In this document: piece after piece, positions 50,976 to 64,000 of the stretch
Layout of the letters: each line of letters starts with the position of its first letter
Numbering within the stretch: the first letter of the stretch is position 1
DNA from: Octopus bimaculoides
Taxonomy: Eukaryota
NCBI RefSeq assembly: GCF_001194135.2
Contig: NC_068981.1
Coordinates: 164,158,118-164,222,117, forward strand
DNA: 64,000 nt
Direction of reading: 5' to 3'
The notes under the pieces: generated by a model
Told to the model about the DNA's origin: nothing
Seen by the model: only the letters and a program-made list of their open reading frames with translations
Databases searched by the model: none
Program-made: the position numbers and the translations under genes

Positions 50976-51597
50976 NNNNNNNNNNNNNNNNNNNNNNNNN
51001 NNNNNNNNNNNNNNNNNNNNNNNNNNNNNNNNNNNNNNNNNNNNNNNNNNNNNNNNNNNNNNNNNNNNNNNNNNNNNNNNNNNNNNNNNNNNNNNNNNNN
51101 NNNNNNNNNNNNNNNNNNNNNNNNNNNNNNNNNNNNNNNNNNNNNNNNNNNNNNNNNNNNNNNNNNNNNNNNNNNNNNNNNNNNNNNNNNNNATTTAATT
51201 AAAGAGATACAAATGGATAGAAAGTCAAAAATGAAATCAAGTCACATACAGAAATAATTACAAGGTAACATCATTAAAATGTATTCCGTTAATCCAGATA
51301 AAGTTGAGAAAATGTAAATCAAGAGAATGGCAGTCGGTGTTGTCATCCGTCGCCAACTTTGTGTTTGGGATTTCCCTTGCTCTGCAAATATGTTAAACAG
51401 CATTCAGTTCTGTATTTCATATCAGTGCTTCAAGAAAGATTAACAGACTAATGTTGTAAAATATATGAACCTATTTGTGAATCAGGAACTGTAAATTAAA
51501 AGTGAGTTAGGAATTGTGCTACATTGAAGATAATGGACATATGTAAAGCGAAAGACAAACACAAAGCACATTCTTTGGAATATAATTCTTTCTGAAT

Positions 51598-51805
51598 CTC
51601 AAATTTTGGTACAGGCTGGCAATTTTAGTGGAGGAGGTAAGTCGATTACTTCGATCCCGGTGCTCAAGTGGTAATTTACTAACACTGAAAGAATGAAAAA
51701 AAAAAAAAAAAGTCGACCTTCATGGTATTTGAATTCAGTACGTAAAGTCGAACTAAATATCTCTAGGCATTTTGTCCAACGTGCTAATGGTTTAGCGAGC
51801 TCACT
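51598..51805 (-). mobile_element. SINE family A (degenerate)
   Basis: AAATTTTGGTACAGGCTGGCAATTTT...GTAAGTCGATTAC.TCGA.CCC...AAAGTCGACCT. Confidence 0.75.
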
Positions 51806-51871
51806 GTTTTAAAACTGACCTCGGCAACATTTTATTTCAGAACGTAAAGCCGGATTTTTTCCCCACTCTTT

Positions 51872-52270
51872 TACTCTTTTACTTGTTTCAGTCTTATTGA
51901 CTGCGGCCATACTGGAGTACCGCCTTTAGTCGAACAAATCGACTCCAGGACTTATTCTTTGAAAGCCTAGTTCTTATTCTGTCGACCTTTTTGCCGAACC
52001 GCTAGGTTACGGGGACGAAAACACACCAACATCGGTTTCAAACGATGGTGAGGCGACTAACACAGGCACACAAATACAAACACACACACATACATATATA
52101 TATACACCCGACAGGCTTCTTTCAGTTTTCATCTACCAAATCCGCTCACAAGGCTTTGGTCGGCCCGAGGCTATAGTAGAAGACACTTGCTCAAGGTTTC
52201 CACGCAGTCCCACTGAATCCGGAACTATGTGGTTGGAAAGCACGCTTCTTACCACACAGTCACTCCTGCG
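51872..52270 (-). mobile_element. SINE family B
   Basis: Reverse complement of the complete tail, slot and head. Confidence 0.9.
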
Positions 52271-52299
52271 TCTGTATAAACCTTTCTATTATAGACACA

Positions 52300-53335
52300 T
52301 GGCCTGAAATTATGGCGGAGTGCCTAGTCGATTGTATCGATCTCAGTGCTCAACTTGTACTGATTTCCCTCCTCCTGGGACTGCAGCAGAGATATACCAA
52401 AAAAACATGTGCTTTCTTGTGTGTTTGGAACAGCAATCATTACACTGTAAAAGACTGGCCAAAAAGAGATGAGCGCATAGTTGGTCGGCACAATGTGCAG
52501 CATATGCCACTGGTAGAGCCGCAAAAGAGCTTCCTTCCACCCCTTCACATCAAACTTGGCCTCGTGAAAAACATTGTAAAAACAATGACACACGATGGTT
52601 GCGGCTTCCAGTGCCTAAAAGTAAAATTTGTTGCAGAGAAAAGTGACGCAAAACTGAAAGCAGGCATTTTCACTGGAATCGAGATTAGAGAATTGATGTC
52701 TGATAGCAAATTCAGTGGTAAACTGAATCCAGTTGAGCGGACGGCATGGGATTCATTAGTTGTACAGAACTATCTTGGAAATCATAGAGCTGAAAACTAG
52801 GCTGATTTAATAAACAACATGCTAACAGTGTATGAAAGAATGTCCCTTAAAATGCACCTCTTGCATTCTCATTTCGATTTTTTTCCAAAGAATCATGGTG
52901 CCGTTAGTGATGAGCATGGTGAGAAGTTCCATCAGGACATATCTGAGATGGAAACGAGGAATCAAGGCCGGTTCAATCCACGCATGATGGGTGATTACTG
53001 CTAGCTCCCACAATGGGAGACCTGCACGAAGCATAAACGCAAGAGCAAGTGTTTCAAACATTTCTGAGCTGAGCATATCAAAAATAAAATGAGCATTCCC
53101 TTAATATAAATATACTATATACAGTACTAATATACTATTATAATAATTATTTACCATGAACTTAACTATTCCTGATACTAATATAGTATTAATATATAAT
53201 TATGCGTATAACTCAAAATCCTGACGTGCTACAGCAATTCTGAGTTCAGATTCGGAATCAGCGTACTCGATTTAGTTTAGTTCAACACCGTTTGTCTGGG
53301 TAGCGGACAATAACTTTTTTTTTTGTTACCAAGTG
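52300..53335 (+). mobile_element. Chapaev3-like (CMC) DNA transposon remnant: 3' half of transposase and right end
   Basis: LPPLHIKLGLVKNIVK..KLKAGIFTG.EIRELM..YLGNHRAEN*..MSLKMHLLHSHFDFFPKNHGAVSDEHGEKFHQDISEMETRNQGR..MMGDYC; terminus ...TTTTGTTACCAAGTG (reads CAC on the reverse strand). Transposase family is clear; the Chapaev3 label is from recall. Confidence 0.75.
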
Positions 53336-53379
53336 AATCAAATATATAAATTACTAGATAAATAAATATCTGTTTGTGA

Positions 53380-53425
<46 letters not shown>

Positions 53426-53635
53426 TACTTCCTAAGAATTTATAGAGCACTTTTAATGAACAACTATCTTGATTAAACGAATATAGGTGTGCACTCCCAG
53501 TGTGTCTAATTAACACACATACACACACGCGCACGCACGCACACACGCGCGCGTGCGGTGCACACACACATACGCACGGCGCACACATACATACACGCGG
53601 CACACATACACACACGCACGTAGAGACATGCACAT

Positions 53636-53673
<38 letters not shown>

Positions 53674-53683
53674 NNNNNNNNNN

Positions 53684-53725
<42 letters not shown>

Positions 53726-53771
53726 GTATACACGCACACACGTGTGTGTACGTAAATACATACATACATAT

Positions 53772-53806
<35 letters not shown>

Positions 53807-54689
53807 TTAGATTTAGCATTCGTACTGTTCCTACTCAGTAGCCATTGCATCGTCCTGTTCATAAGTGAAAGCTTCACTAAAGATGTTTTGAGGTTGCTCA
53901 AGCAAGCAGGCGAGCAAAAGGTATGCATGAATTGTTACAGAAAATTACCACCCTTATTTTATGATACTTACCTTTGTCTAGTACCCATTATGTGGTCATC
54001 CATCGTTCTACGGGTGGACAGTGAGCATCTAATTGTTCTTGAATGCAGGCCTTTATCACGAAGCGTCAACTTGATGATAAGCCATTAATTTATATTTCTT
54101 TTCTTTTCTTTTATCTATCTGTGTGTCTGTTTGTCTGTCTACCTGTCTATCTGTTTATTTATCTATCTATTTATATCTCTGTGCGTATGTGCGTTCGTGT
54201 ATGTAGCGGCATGTATATGCATTTATGTGTCTGTTTGCATCATGTATGTTTGTGTTTATGTGTGTATATATATATATGTATGTGTATATAGTGTATATGT
54301 GTGTGAGTGTATAAAATAGCGATTCTTAAACTGACAAATATCAAGCCACTATACTTATGTAAATTTTTTCTTTGCCTCTCCCACCATGTCCTTTTTTTTT
54401 TACCAATGAGAAGACAGAACAATCACCCGTATAAATTCCTTCTTTCTTGGCCTTTTGTAAGACAAGTTTAAAACTCTAACAACCATCATAATCCAATTAA
54501 ATATGACAAAAAGTCTTATCGTTTTTCAATCCTCAAGCGCTCCTGAAGATGGAGGGTAGCTTGCACACCTTTTAGAAATATTGGCTTATGAGGTATTTTG
54601 TTGCAAGGTGGATCCCAACATTGCCTCTAACAGGCAAACCTCATGCCCTATTCCTAAATGAGAGACAATATTCATTTTATCTACCATTA

Positions 54690-55215
54690 TTCAAAATCTT
54701 TCTCTATCCAGGTTACACATTCTATTAAAACTTCATCCCCAGTGAAGGTGCCTGTGTATATATTATCTGGGTTTCTGCAATAGTAACTTCCATTAACTCT
54801 GATTCAAGGTCTTTCTTTCTTCCTCATTCTCCCATATACATTTACTAACCTCTACTACTCTGCAAACTTCTCGAAACATTGGGAACTTTTGGGCCATAAT
54901 CTCCTTCTTCATTGACAGCATATATATCACTTTGGTCCCTTTCGACGCCATCCTCGGTGACTTCAACGTTCACGACTCCTCGTGGTTCTCACACTCGTCC
55001 CATAATCCAATACTGATATAACCAGTGCAGAGACCGAAGCTGTTTTGCAGTTTTCATGTCTCGATATCAACGTGTTTCATTCCCTTCTCCAGTCCTGGAA
55101 CAACTTATAGATATCCCAGTCACCCTTGACATATTTCTCACTTTAAAACTAGCCACTACTAAGCTCTAACTACTTCTCTTCCAACTGGGTAATCTGACCA
55201 TTGCCTTATTGCACT
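54690..55215 (+). mobile_element. APE endonuclease remnant of a CR1/L2/Jockey-group LINE
   Basis: ILGDFNVHDSSWFSH (54950-54994), TLDIFLT (about 55122), SDHCLI (about 55193) across frameshifts. Confidence 0.8.
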
Positions 55216-56344
55216 TTCTCCTCATACAACCATATACTACTGGAGAATAGGACATATAAATATCATTATAAAGTGTAAGGGGAATAATAAATTCGCAATG
55301 CACAAAGTAGCTCTTAAAATATCCTAAAATCTTACGGAGAATTTACAACCTAAACTCTTGAAGGGAAATAATTTCAAAGGATGTAATTCTGACTCTGAGT
55401 GAGAAAGTATTTTACTCAAATCGATCAATTTAACAAATCACGATTAACCACAAATTTGCCGTTAGTGCCACAGTATACACTAAAGGATGATAGAAGACAA
55501 TATCTCAGTAAATAGAGTGCATTCTCAAGATTTTAAATTATTTCGGTTTAAGAGTTAGAGTAACCAGAAAGATTTAAACTATGAGGTATCATACTCGAAA
55601 ACAGTCGCAAAGGAATATTGTATCAACATCAACAATATAAACATCAACTATCAACACTGAAAATGCTATTAACGCTTTGAGAAAGCTACATAATTAAAGA
55701 TTTAGCAGTTGGATGTCAGCCGCTGATTTTCAACAGAAAAGCACTCATTGTAAATTTAAAGGAAATATAGAAAGCCGAATCGACATATCAACTTTGGCAT
55801 AGCTCGGCAAATAAAATGTAAAATGAAAACACTCGCTTTCAACATAACTAAAGATCTATTTCTAGTTTAACTATCTATAATATATTAAAAGTCAGCTTGA
55901 ATCTTGCTTGCTTTCTTGCAATGTTACCCAGCCAATCTGGTGCATAATGGAAAATACTATGAATTAAGTTACCCTGAAATGTTAATATGAACGGGATAAA
56001 ACAAATTTAGAGTAAATCGGACAAGTGGTTTTTGAGATATTAGGGATTTTCGGGGTATAAATACCCAAAACAGTGCATAATGGGAAAACATTCCGAAAAT
56101 AACTTAATCCTGAAAGAAACTCTTACCTTTTGATTAGACTCAGTGACTTGTCAAAGAAAAAATACGACTTGTTTTTTTACTGTAAATGTTTCTATTTTCG
56201 CTTTTGTTAAACACAATATTTTCATCATTTAGAAATATTTTTAAGTGAATGTGATTTCAAAAATGTAAGTTGTTTGTAGAGTATTTATTTATATTTTAGC
56301 TTCTCTTTAAACAGACAATATTTTAATGTTCTTTTAAATTATTT

Positions 56345-56825
56345 TCAAGTGAATACCAGTACAAAAATTCTTTTGGCATATTTGAAAAAATATTTTAAAG
56401 AGAAAATTACTTTAAAAATACGGTAGATATTTCGTAAAAGACCCGTTCGTAACCTCGGTGAGAAATAATTTCTTTCCGTAACTTCGGTGAGAAATAATTT
56501 CCAAAAAGTAATTTTTTTTCGAGTGCATTCAACGTATCTCACCTCCAAAGATTTGGCTGCTATTTCTAGCACACCCTGCTACCACGTAACAGCTATTTGC
56601 GATAAAGGACCCGAAATACCTGTTACATGGCAGCAAGGGGTGCAAGAAATAACAGTCAAATCTTACCTTTTCTGAGGAAAGGAGCCGTTTACGCGTGATT
56701 TCGATGTCACATTCGTTGACAGCATGCGAAATAACCTGGAAAAGAAAAAAATCCCACGAAACAAAACTCCGTTGGTGGGGAAACTCAGACGTTTCCGGTC
56801 ACCCAACGGGTCACGAGTAATCTAG
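56345..56825 (+). mobile_element. Probable non-autonomous Helitron
   Basis: Ends in a GC-rich inverted repeat (CCGTTGG/CCAACGG) followed by CTAG at 56822-56825; internal 29-bp tandem; 5' end not defined. Confidence 0.4.
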
Positions 56826-57252
56826 AGTGTATAAAGAACAATTTATAGCTTAACTAAATACTTAGAAGCTTTATACCAAGTGTGTTCACGAAATTCCTTC
56901 AAGAATTCATTTTAAGTCCTACGCGGTATTGACTGATGAACAAGTAAATTCAAAGCCCAGATTGAAGGTATGTTATAAATTTTCAATTGATAAATCCGTG
57001 AAAAAGCAAATCCAAAATAACATCGCACTTAAATATATAATATTATGACTTGATTCAATTCAGTATTTATCGTCGCTGGAATCACTGCATTTAGTAAAGG
57101 TACTTGTTTAGTTACAGTCATTAATAATCTTGCAATGAACTGATCACAGACTTTTAACTGAAGGCACAAAAGATATCTCTGGGACTATATATTTAAAAAG
57201 AAAATGGTGCATTTTTAGGTGACAGTTTGTGCTTATGCTTATTTTCGAACTA

Positions 57253-57420
57253 TCGTATTTACTCGTGTATAATTCGCACTATTTATATTTGATTCTAACT
57301 GAAAAAACTTGGGTGAGACTTACACAGAGAGCAAACCTAAGATTACGTGTGGGGGGGGGGATATTTGTACTAAGATTTAACATTAAATTAGGGGTCCGAC
57401 TTATACACGAGTAAGTACGG
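57253..57420. mobile_element. Tc1/mariner (Tc2/pogo-type) MITE
   Basis: TIRs TCGTATTTACTCGTGTATAATTCG / CGACTTATACACGAGTAAGTACGG, flanked by TA on both sides. Confidence 0.85.
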
Positions 57421-57778
57421 TAAATTCATTGTTATTATTATTACAAAAATCATATGGCAAAAAAGATCTACAGTGGGAATATCTGCAGAACAAAGAAACA
57501 TAAATGACGAAAGAAGAAAATTTTGTTGAAACAAGTAACATAACATAAGAAACTACTTTCAAACAAAATACATTCCCATCAATAGTCTTTCCATTTATTT
57601 ATTCTGTTGTTGTAGCTGTTTTCCTCACAACAAGCAAAACAATATCCTACAACACACTTTCATTGCTAGGACAGCGTCGACATTTGATATACTTGTTGGG
57701 ACTATTGAGAAGTTTCACTGAAACTAATAACAAAGGTTATTAGTCCTTTGAAAGATTTCTATTGAAATTGTGATATTG

Positions 57779-57869
57779 CAAGATTCCATCTCAATAGGTA
57801 AGATAGAAGAAGAGGCTTAATATATTCCAAGATTCTATCTCAATAGCTAAGATAGAAAAAGAGGCTTAA
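57779..57869. repeat. Two-copy tandem duplication, 49-bp period
   Basis: CAAGATTC(C/T)ATCTCAATAG(G/C)TAAGATAGAA(G/A)AAGAGGCTTAA x2. Confidence 0.9.
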
Positions 57870-58400
57870 GATCGATCCTTTTTAGTGTGCTTTGCTATCA
57901 TAAAGGTTGGACCTTCTAAACAACAATACCAAAAGCAAACAACTCAACTAAGAGCTCAAAAGGGAACTCGACGTGAAATACTCAGCTTTTGAAGATGCTT
58001 TGTGCGACCCCGTATCTTGCCTGACGAATCTACAGCGTGAGAAACACTTTGCATCCGAAAAAATGGTTACGTATAAATACACTTCCCGGAAACTCAAGAA
58101 TGCTGTCAAAATCAACAAGATAATTTAGCCCTGCTGCATCCCCAACCGTTAAATAAAACTGCATTTATCTCTGAAGACAGTCAAAACTTCATTTCCAATA
58201 ACATATTCAGGCCTTAAACAGAAATTTTATACACTGTACAACTTGGCAAGAGTTTACAAAAGCAGAACAATGCCCTGAAGCTAAATTCAAGTTATTGCAA
58301 ATACTGGAGTAAATTTTGGGAAGATATAATGTAAGAGCAGAAAATAATCGTATTCTTTAACCCTAATATTTATTAGTACACATACGCACACACACACACA

Positions 58401-58473
<73 letters not shown>

Positions 58474-58930
58474 CATCACAAATACTATATAATATATATA
58501 TATATCAAGTATATAAATATAAGTAATAAATATAATACACAGCCACATACAGATACACATAAGTATATGTATATATATATTTGTATGTGGATAATACATT
58601 ATGAATATGTACTCATATTTGAATACATGCATAGATTTATTCTTTTATTTTTAATGACACTCCTGGGTCTCACCTTATAAAATAAGACCTCGTTTATTCA
58701 ACTTGAGAACTATTATTCTACCACATGCCAGCATTTTTGTGCACGCACGTAGACTCACGCGCGCGCGCAGACACGACTAAGCACTTTAATATATATCCAA
58801 ATGTCTGAAAAGATCCATATAGAGCATGTATAAGAGATATTCACATTCACCTCCACAGAAAACCTATTCAAGACATCTCTGCAATGCATGCGCATAATGC
58901 GTGTACGTATGTGTATAATATGTGTGCATA

Positions 58931-58964
<34 letters not shown>

Positions 58965-59154
58965 TATATGCTTGTGTGTGTGTGTATGTGTGTATAGTTT
59001 TGTATTTATATATGCATGTATATGGTATCCAATAAAGACAATTGTACTGAATGTTCTGGTGAGATCGTTGTCAAGAGGTTACAGGGAGATCGTATCAAAA
59101 ATGAGTAGCTGTCAACACTGAACACTTTATGTAAAAAGACCACATCACCTTGTC

Positions 59155-60250
59155 CCTTCCACCACCATCACCATGACCACGACAACCACCACTACCACAG
59201 CCACCACTACCACCGCCACCACAACCACCACCACCACCATTACGACTACGACCACCACTACCACAACCAACATCACCCCCACCGCCATTATGGCTACGAC
59301 GACAACGACCACCACGACCACCACCACCACCACCACCACTACAACCNNNNNNNNNNNNNNNNNNNNNNNNNNNNNNNNNNNNNNNNNNNNNNNNNNNNNN
59401 NNNNNNNNNNNNNNNNNNNNNNNNNNNNNNNNNNNNNNNNNNNNNNNNNNNNNNNNNNNNNNNNNNNNNNNNNNNNNNNNNNNNNNNNNNNNNNNNNNNN
59501 NNNNNNNNNNNNNNNNNNNNNNNNNNNNNNNNNNNNNNNNNNNNNNNNNNNNNNNNNNNNNNNNNNNNNNNNNNNNNNNNNNNNNNNNNNNNNNNNNNNN
59601 NNNNNNNNNNNNNNNGAACACTATCTTTACCTCTCCCTTAATGTTCTTAGCGATTGCAATCATTATCATCCCCATCAACACTAACCCTTTTCAAAAAAAA
59701 AACTTCCACTATAAGTTACTAACACTGTCACCAACACATAGATTCCACCACCACCCATCACCACCGCCACCACCACCACCACCAGCAGCAACAGCATTTC
59801 AACAGTTGTTTACCACTGCTATTATTCCTGGTCTTATCATTGCCGCAAGTGAAGCAGGAACCTCTTACCTCGTCGTCACTACGAACGAACAAAATCTCCT
59901 TCAAAACTAACACCAGCAGAGCTTGCCACTCACTCGCTCACTTTACTAACGTAACACCACCAATAACACCACCACCACCACTACTATTACTACTACTACT
60001 ACTACTATTAGCAGTCCTACGACCGTCTTCATGACCCCCCCCCCTCCCAAACCAACCTCTGTAGGCACCAGCTAACGCCAGCATGATATAACCAGCATTA
60101 TCAAGAAAACAGTAACAACTCGTTCTTAACCTCCCAGCCAGAACCAATAAGAAACAAGAACAAGTACTAAAACTACAACAACAACAACAACAACAACAAC
60201 AACAGCAGCAGCAGCAACAACAACAATAACAAAAAAAACAACATAAACTG
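59155..60250. repeat. Degenerate (ACC/ACT/CAA)n low-complexity field with gap
   Basis: Imperfect trinucleotide runs producing poly-T/P/V ORFs. Confidence 0.85.
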
Positions 60251-60884
60251 CAACAAGAGCAAGTAACATGAACAACAAAGTATCGGTCAAAATGTCAGCC
60301 AACGTTTTCTTCTTACCTTTTGGCAGTAAGAGAAAAGATGAGGGAAAGAAAGAGATAGATAGATAGAGAGAGAGAGAGGGAGAGAGAAAGAAAGGGGAAG
60401 GAGAGAGAAAGAGGTAGAGAAGGAGAGAGAGAAAGAAATATTGGAATAGAAAGAAATCAAGACGAAGAGAGCAAATGACAGGCAGCAATCCGTTGAGGGA
60501 GTTAGTAAGAGCAAGAATGAGAGAAAAAAAACTTGAGAGAGGTGTGAGCAAGGAAGTCAGTCATTTTGTTTTTTGTTTCATTTCTGGTGCAACTTTCCCT
60601 ACTGGCTAAATCTTGTCAAGCCGTCATGTAGTTAAGAACTACTCTCTTGGACACATTGTCAACTTTGCTGTGAGTGATATCAGTGAGAATTTTCTCAGGC
60701 AAGTTATCACACGCTGGTTTTTCTTGGAGCGTTTATTATTTGTATTTGTACATTGGTGCTAACTTTGTTACTTTTGAGAAACTATTCTTATAGAGAAAAG
60801 TATGTGAACTGACTGATCAATGAAAGAATAAGAAGCAAAAGTGAGATGCAAATATATGTAATGTAACAAACAACGGTCATAGAA

Positions 60885-61103
60885 AGTAGTGAGTTATTTT
60901 TTTCTACTCTAAGCACAAGGTCCAAAATTTTCAGGGAGGGGGCCCAGTCAATTAGATCGACCCCTGTACGCAACTGGTACTTAATTTATCGACCCCGAAA
61001 GGCAAAGTCGACCTCGGCGGAATTTGAACTCAGAACGTAAAGACAGGCGAAATACCGCTAAACATTTCGCCCGGCGTGCTAACGTTTCTGCCAGCTCGCC
61101 GCC
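60885..61103 (-). mobile_element. Young SINE family A
   Basis: Near-consensus reverse-complement head GCGGCGAGCTGGCAGAAACGTTAGCACGCCGGGCGAAATG. Confidence 0.95.
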
Positions 61104-61334
61104 AAAGTAGTTAGTTATCATTAAAAAATATATACGAGAACGAAAATACTGATGCATGGTTATAGTCTTTCCGGTGAATAGGGAACTTGAGGAAGAATTG
61201 GCTATCGTTTCTAGCAGATCCAGCATCACGTATAATGCAATTCATTTTGTTGCTACTCTGAGCTTCTCGCGTTTGTGCATCAGTTCGAACGACAAAGCTT
61301 ATTATCAGCTTCGAACGAATAAATTTTATTACAT

Positions 61335-61885
<551 letters not shown>

Positions 61886-63821
61886 AGATGAAAAATACAT
61901 ACATCCAGCCATATTAGTATTTATACGAAACTGAGACTCCACTAAGTCACTATTTTAATTTTTCTCGTCTCTCTTCTCCACAGTGATAGAAATTCAACTC
62001 ATCCCTTTCGAATCAACATATATATTTTTTTTATTCCATCTCTTGATTCAGTGTGACTTTGCATGTAATTTATAGCATTTGTTGGCGTGTGCTAGGCATC
62101 ACCTATGATTCTGTATAAACGATGCTAAGTGTCAGCAGATTTTAGCTGTTATGATGTTAGCAGATTTTAGCTCCAGCTTTTATGAAACAGAGCTACAAAG
62201 AGTTTGTTCTTGGTCAGTTTTGCAGCTAGGCAATGACTACCATTACAGAAATTGCCAATTTATGAGCTAGTTCTACCCAGAATCAGTACGCCTATGATAT
62301 TATACTGTTTATAATTGAAAGCACTTTAAAAGATGCTCGTTCTCGCTCTTACATTTGTGTAGCTTCTGAAATGTTTCATGTGGACATTATATTATTCAAC
62401 GAGGCAGAGCAGGTAGCTTTTCATCCTTTGGCATAATCGATGCAACTTAGTCAACGGATCAGAATATATTGTTACATTGATTCTTTCCTATTCTATTAGA
62501 ATAATGAAGTAGAGTTTCATTTTCTCTGGATCTGAAGGAGTTAATATGGTGTGTTATATGCATTTTCCCCGTGCTAATCAGCCAATGTTGATATATATAT
62601 ATACAAATAACATCACGGGAAACTTTGCTGCGTGTGTCCGCAGTAATGCATGTAATGTTTACTGTACAAACGATGAAAAACACCTAAATTACAAAATAAA
62701 CCAAAGCTATAACTTCATCAGCTTTCTAACTACGGAAATTCAGTTTCGATACCTTAAGATAGAACTGCTACCTTAGTAGTAGCAATGAACAATTGAATAA
62801 ATCATTGGAGATGAGATACAAAAGCAGGTAAAGCAAATAAATGAGTCTTAGTTAAGTGTGAAAGAGAAGACAGCTGATTAGGACGAGAAAACTGAAAACA
62901 TAGATCAATTAACGATGAAATTTAATTAAATAAAACGTAGATATTTTTCATAAAATAAGATTGAGAGACAAGACAACACGATATAATACTTTAACAAGAT
63001 TTGACTTTTTTTATTCTTGGTATTTTATTGTAGATTCTTCACGAATTCCATCATTAAGAAAGGTGTTCGTTCTGGTTCTCTAGGTTACAGGGTGGGAAAC
63101 TAATCCGTGGCCTAGTTTAATACACCACCTGGTCATTGGGCGCTTAAAGTAGAGGTCACTCTGCTGCAAGTATTCGAGTCAGATTTCCGATCTGTAAATA
63201 AGTTCCTTCATACCTTCAGCTCTGGAGGCCCATGATATGTATAAAGTCATAGCACAGACATTCTTATTCCTTCCCTGAGAATATGGTGACTAAAAATAAT
63301 CTAACTCATAACTTATCGCCAGAAAACATTTGACGAAAAATGAAATATTTCTTTTAATTTTTGTGCTTAACATTTGCATTAATGGTTTTTCCCATACAAA
63401 ACAAGTTAAAATAGATAGTCCACTGTAAAAAAAAAAATAGAAAAGAAGTTATGTTAGGTATTTTGAGCAAGGTAACTTGTTGGAACAATCTTATCTTGAG
63501 TCTGCGTCAGCTATACAAAAAAAAAAAAAAGAAAGGAAAAAGAGAGTACAGATAACTACTGACATTATGTAACCTAAACAGCACAGGAAATTAGCCGTTG
63601 GTTCTTTGCCCAGTAGACTAGACTATAGAAGTGTTTCATAGACTCAGTTACCATGAAAATTGAGTAATCCAAAGGCAAGGAAAGAAAATTACCTAAAATT
63701 ACAAATGAACTAGCAAAATAAAAAAGACGAAAAAAAGCAGCTATATAGTGGTTGTCATATTTTTATGATACCTAACCACACAGCTATATCTTCGCACAAA
63801 TTAAAGGTATATAATTACAGG

Positions 63822-64000
63822 TACAATCCTTTCTGGGGCGGGGGATACTTCAATTACATCGACCCCAACTTATTCCTTTTGTTGAAACTCGAAACGGTGA
63901 AAGGTTGAGTCGACCGCAGCAAAATTTGAACTCAAAACATGAAGACGAAATTCCGCTATGCTTTTTGCCCGGCGTACTAACGATTCTGCCAGCTCACTGC
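63822..64000 (-). mobile_element. SINE family A (cut by the window edge)
   Basis: TTACATCGACCCC...GTCGACC.CAGCAAAATTTGAACTC...CCGGCGTACTAACGATTCTGCCAGCTC. Confidence 0.85.

Noticed and set aside
54535-54595. Hammerhead-like CTGAAGA...GAAA
   Set aside because: Stem II is plausible but stems I and III do not pair in register; at best a decayed copy
56925-56975. CTGATGA hammerhead-like text
   Set aside because: No GAAA core and no stem I
58015-58062. CTGACGA...GAAA
   Set aside because: No consistent stems
59173-59910. Mucin-like poly-Thr ORF
   Set aside because: Degenerate trinucleotide field with a gap; no signal peptide, splice context or domain

Overview
AT-rich, microsatellite-dense eukaryotic scaffold with many N-gaps. 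The repeat landscape looks like an octopod (Octopus-type) genome; this is inferred from recalled SINE, LINE and Penelope families, not from a search. No intact protein-coding gene is recognisable, and almost all ORFs in the track are microsatellite or gap artefacts. Supportable content: (i) dozens of tRNA-headed SINE copies in about five families; (ii) decayed retroelements, namely a Penelope-like element with RT and GIY-YIG (38.4-39.8 kb), three R4/Dong-like LINE pieces (one cluster sits in TAA arrays), an RTE piece and a CR1/L2-type APE piece; (iii) DNA transposon remnants (Chapaev3-like transposase, hAT and Tc2 MITEs, a mariner end, a probable Helitron); (iv) a 3'-truncated, divergent U2 snRNA copy between two SINEs; (v) at least five type I hammerhead ribozyme motifs. 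Two of the hammerheads (6685-6729 and 46336-46378) share a non-canonical C/A juxtaposition at the base of stem II while their stems covary. That is the most promising lead here.
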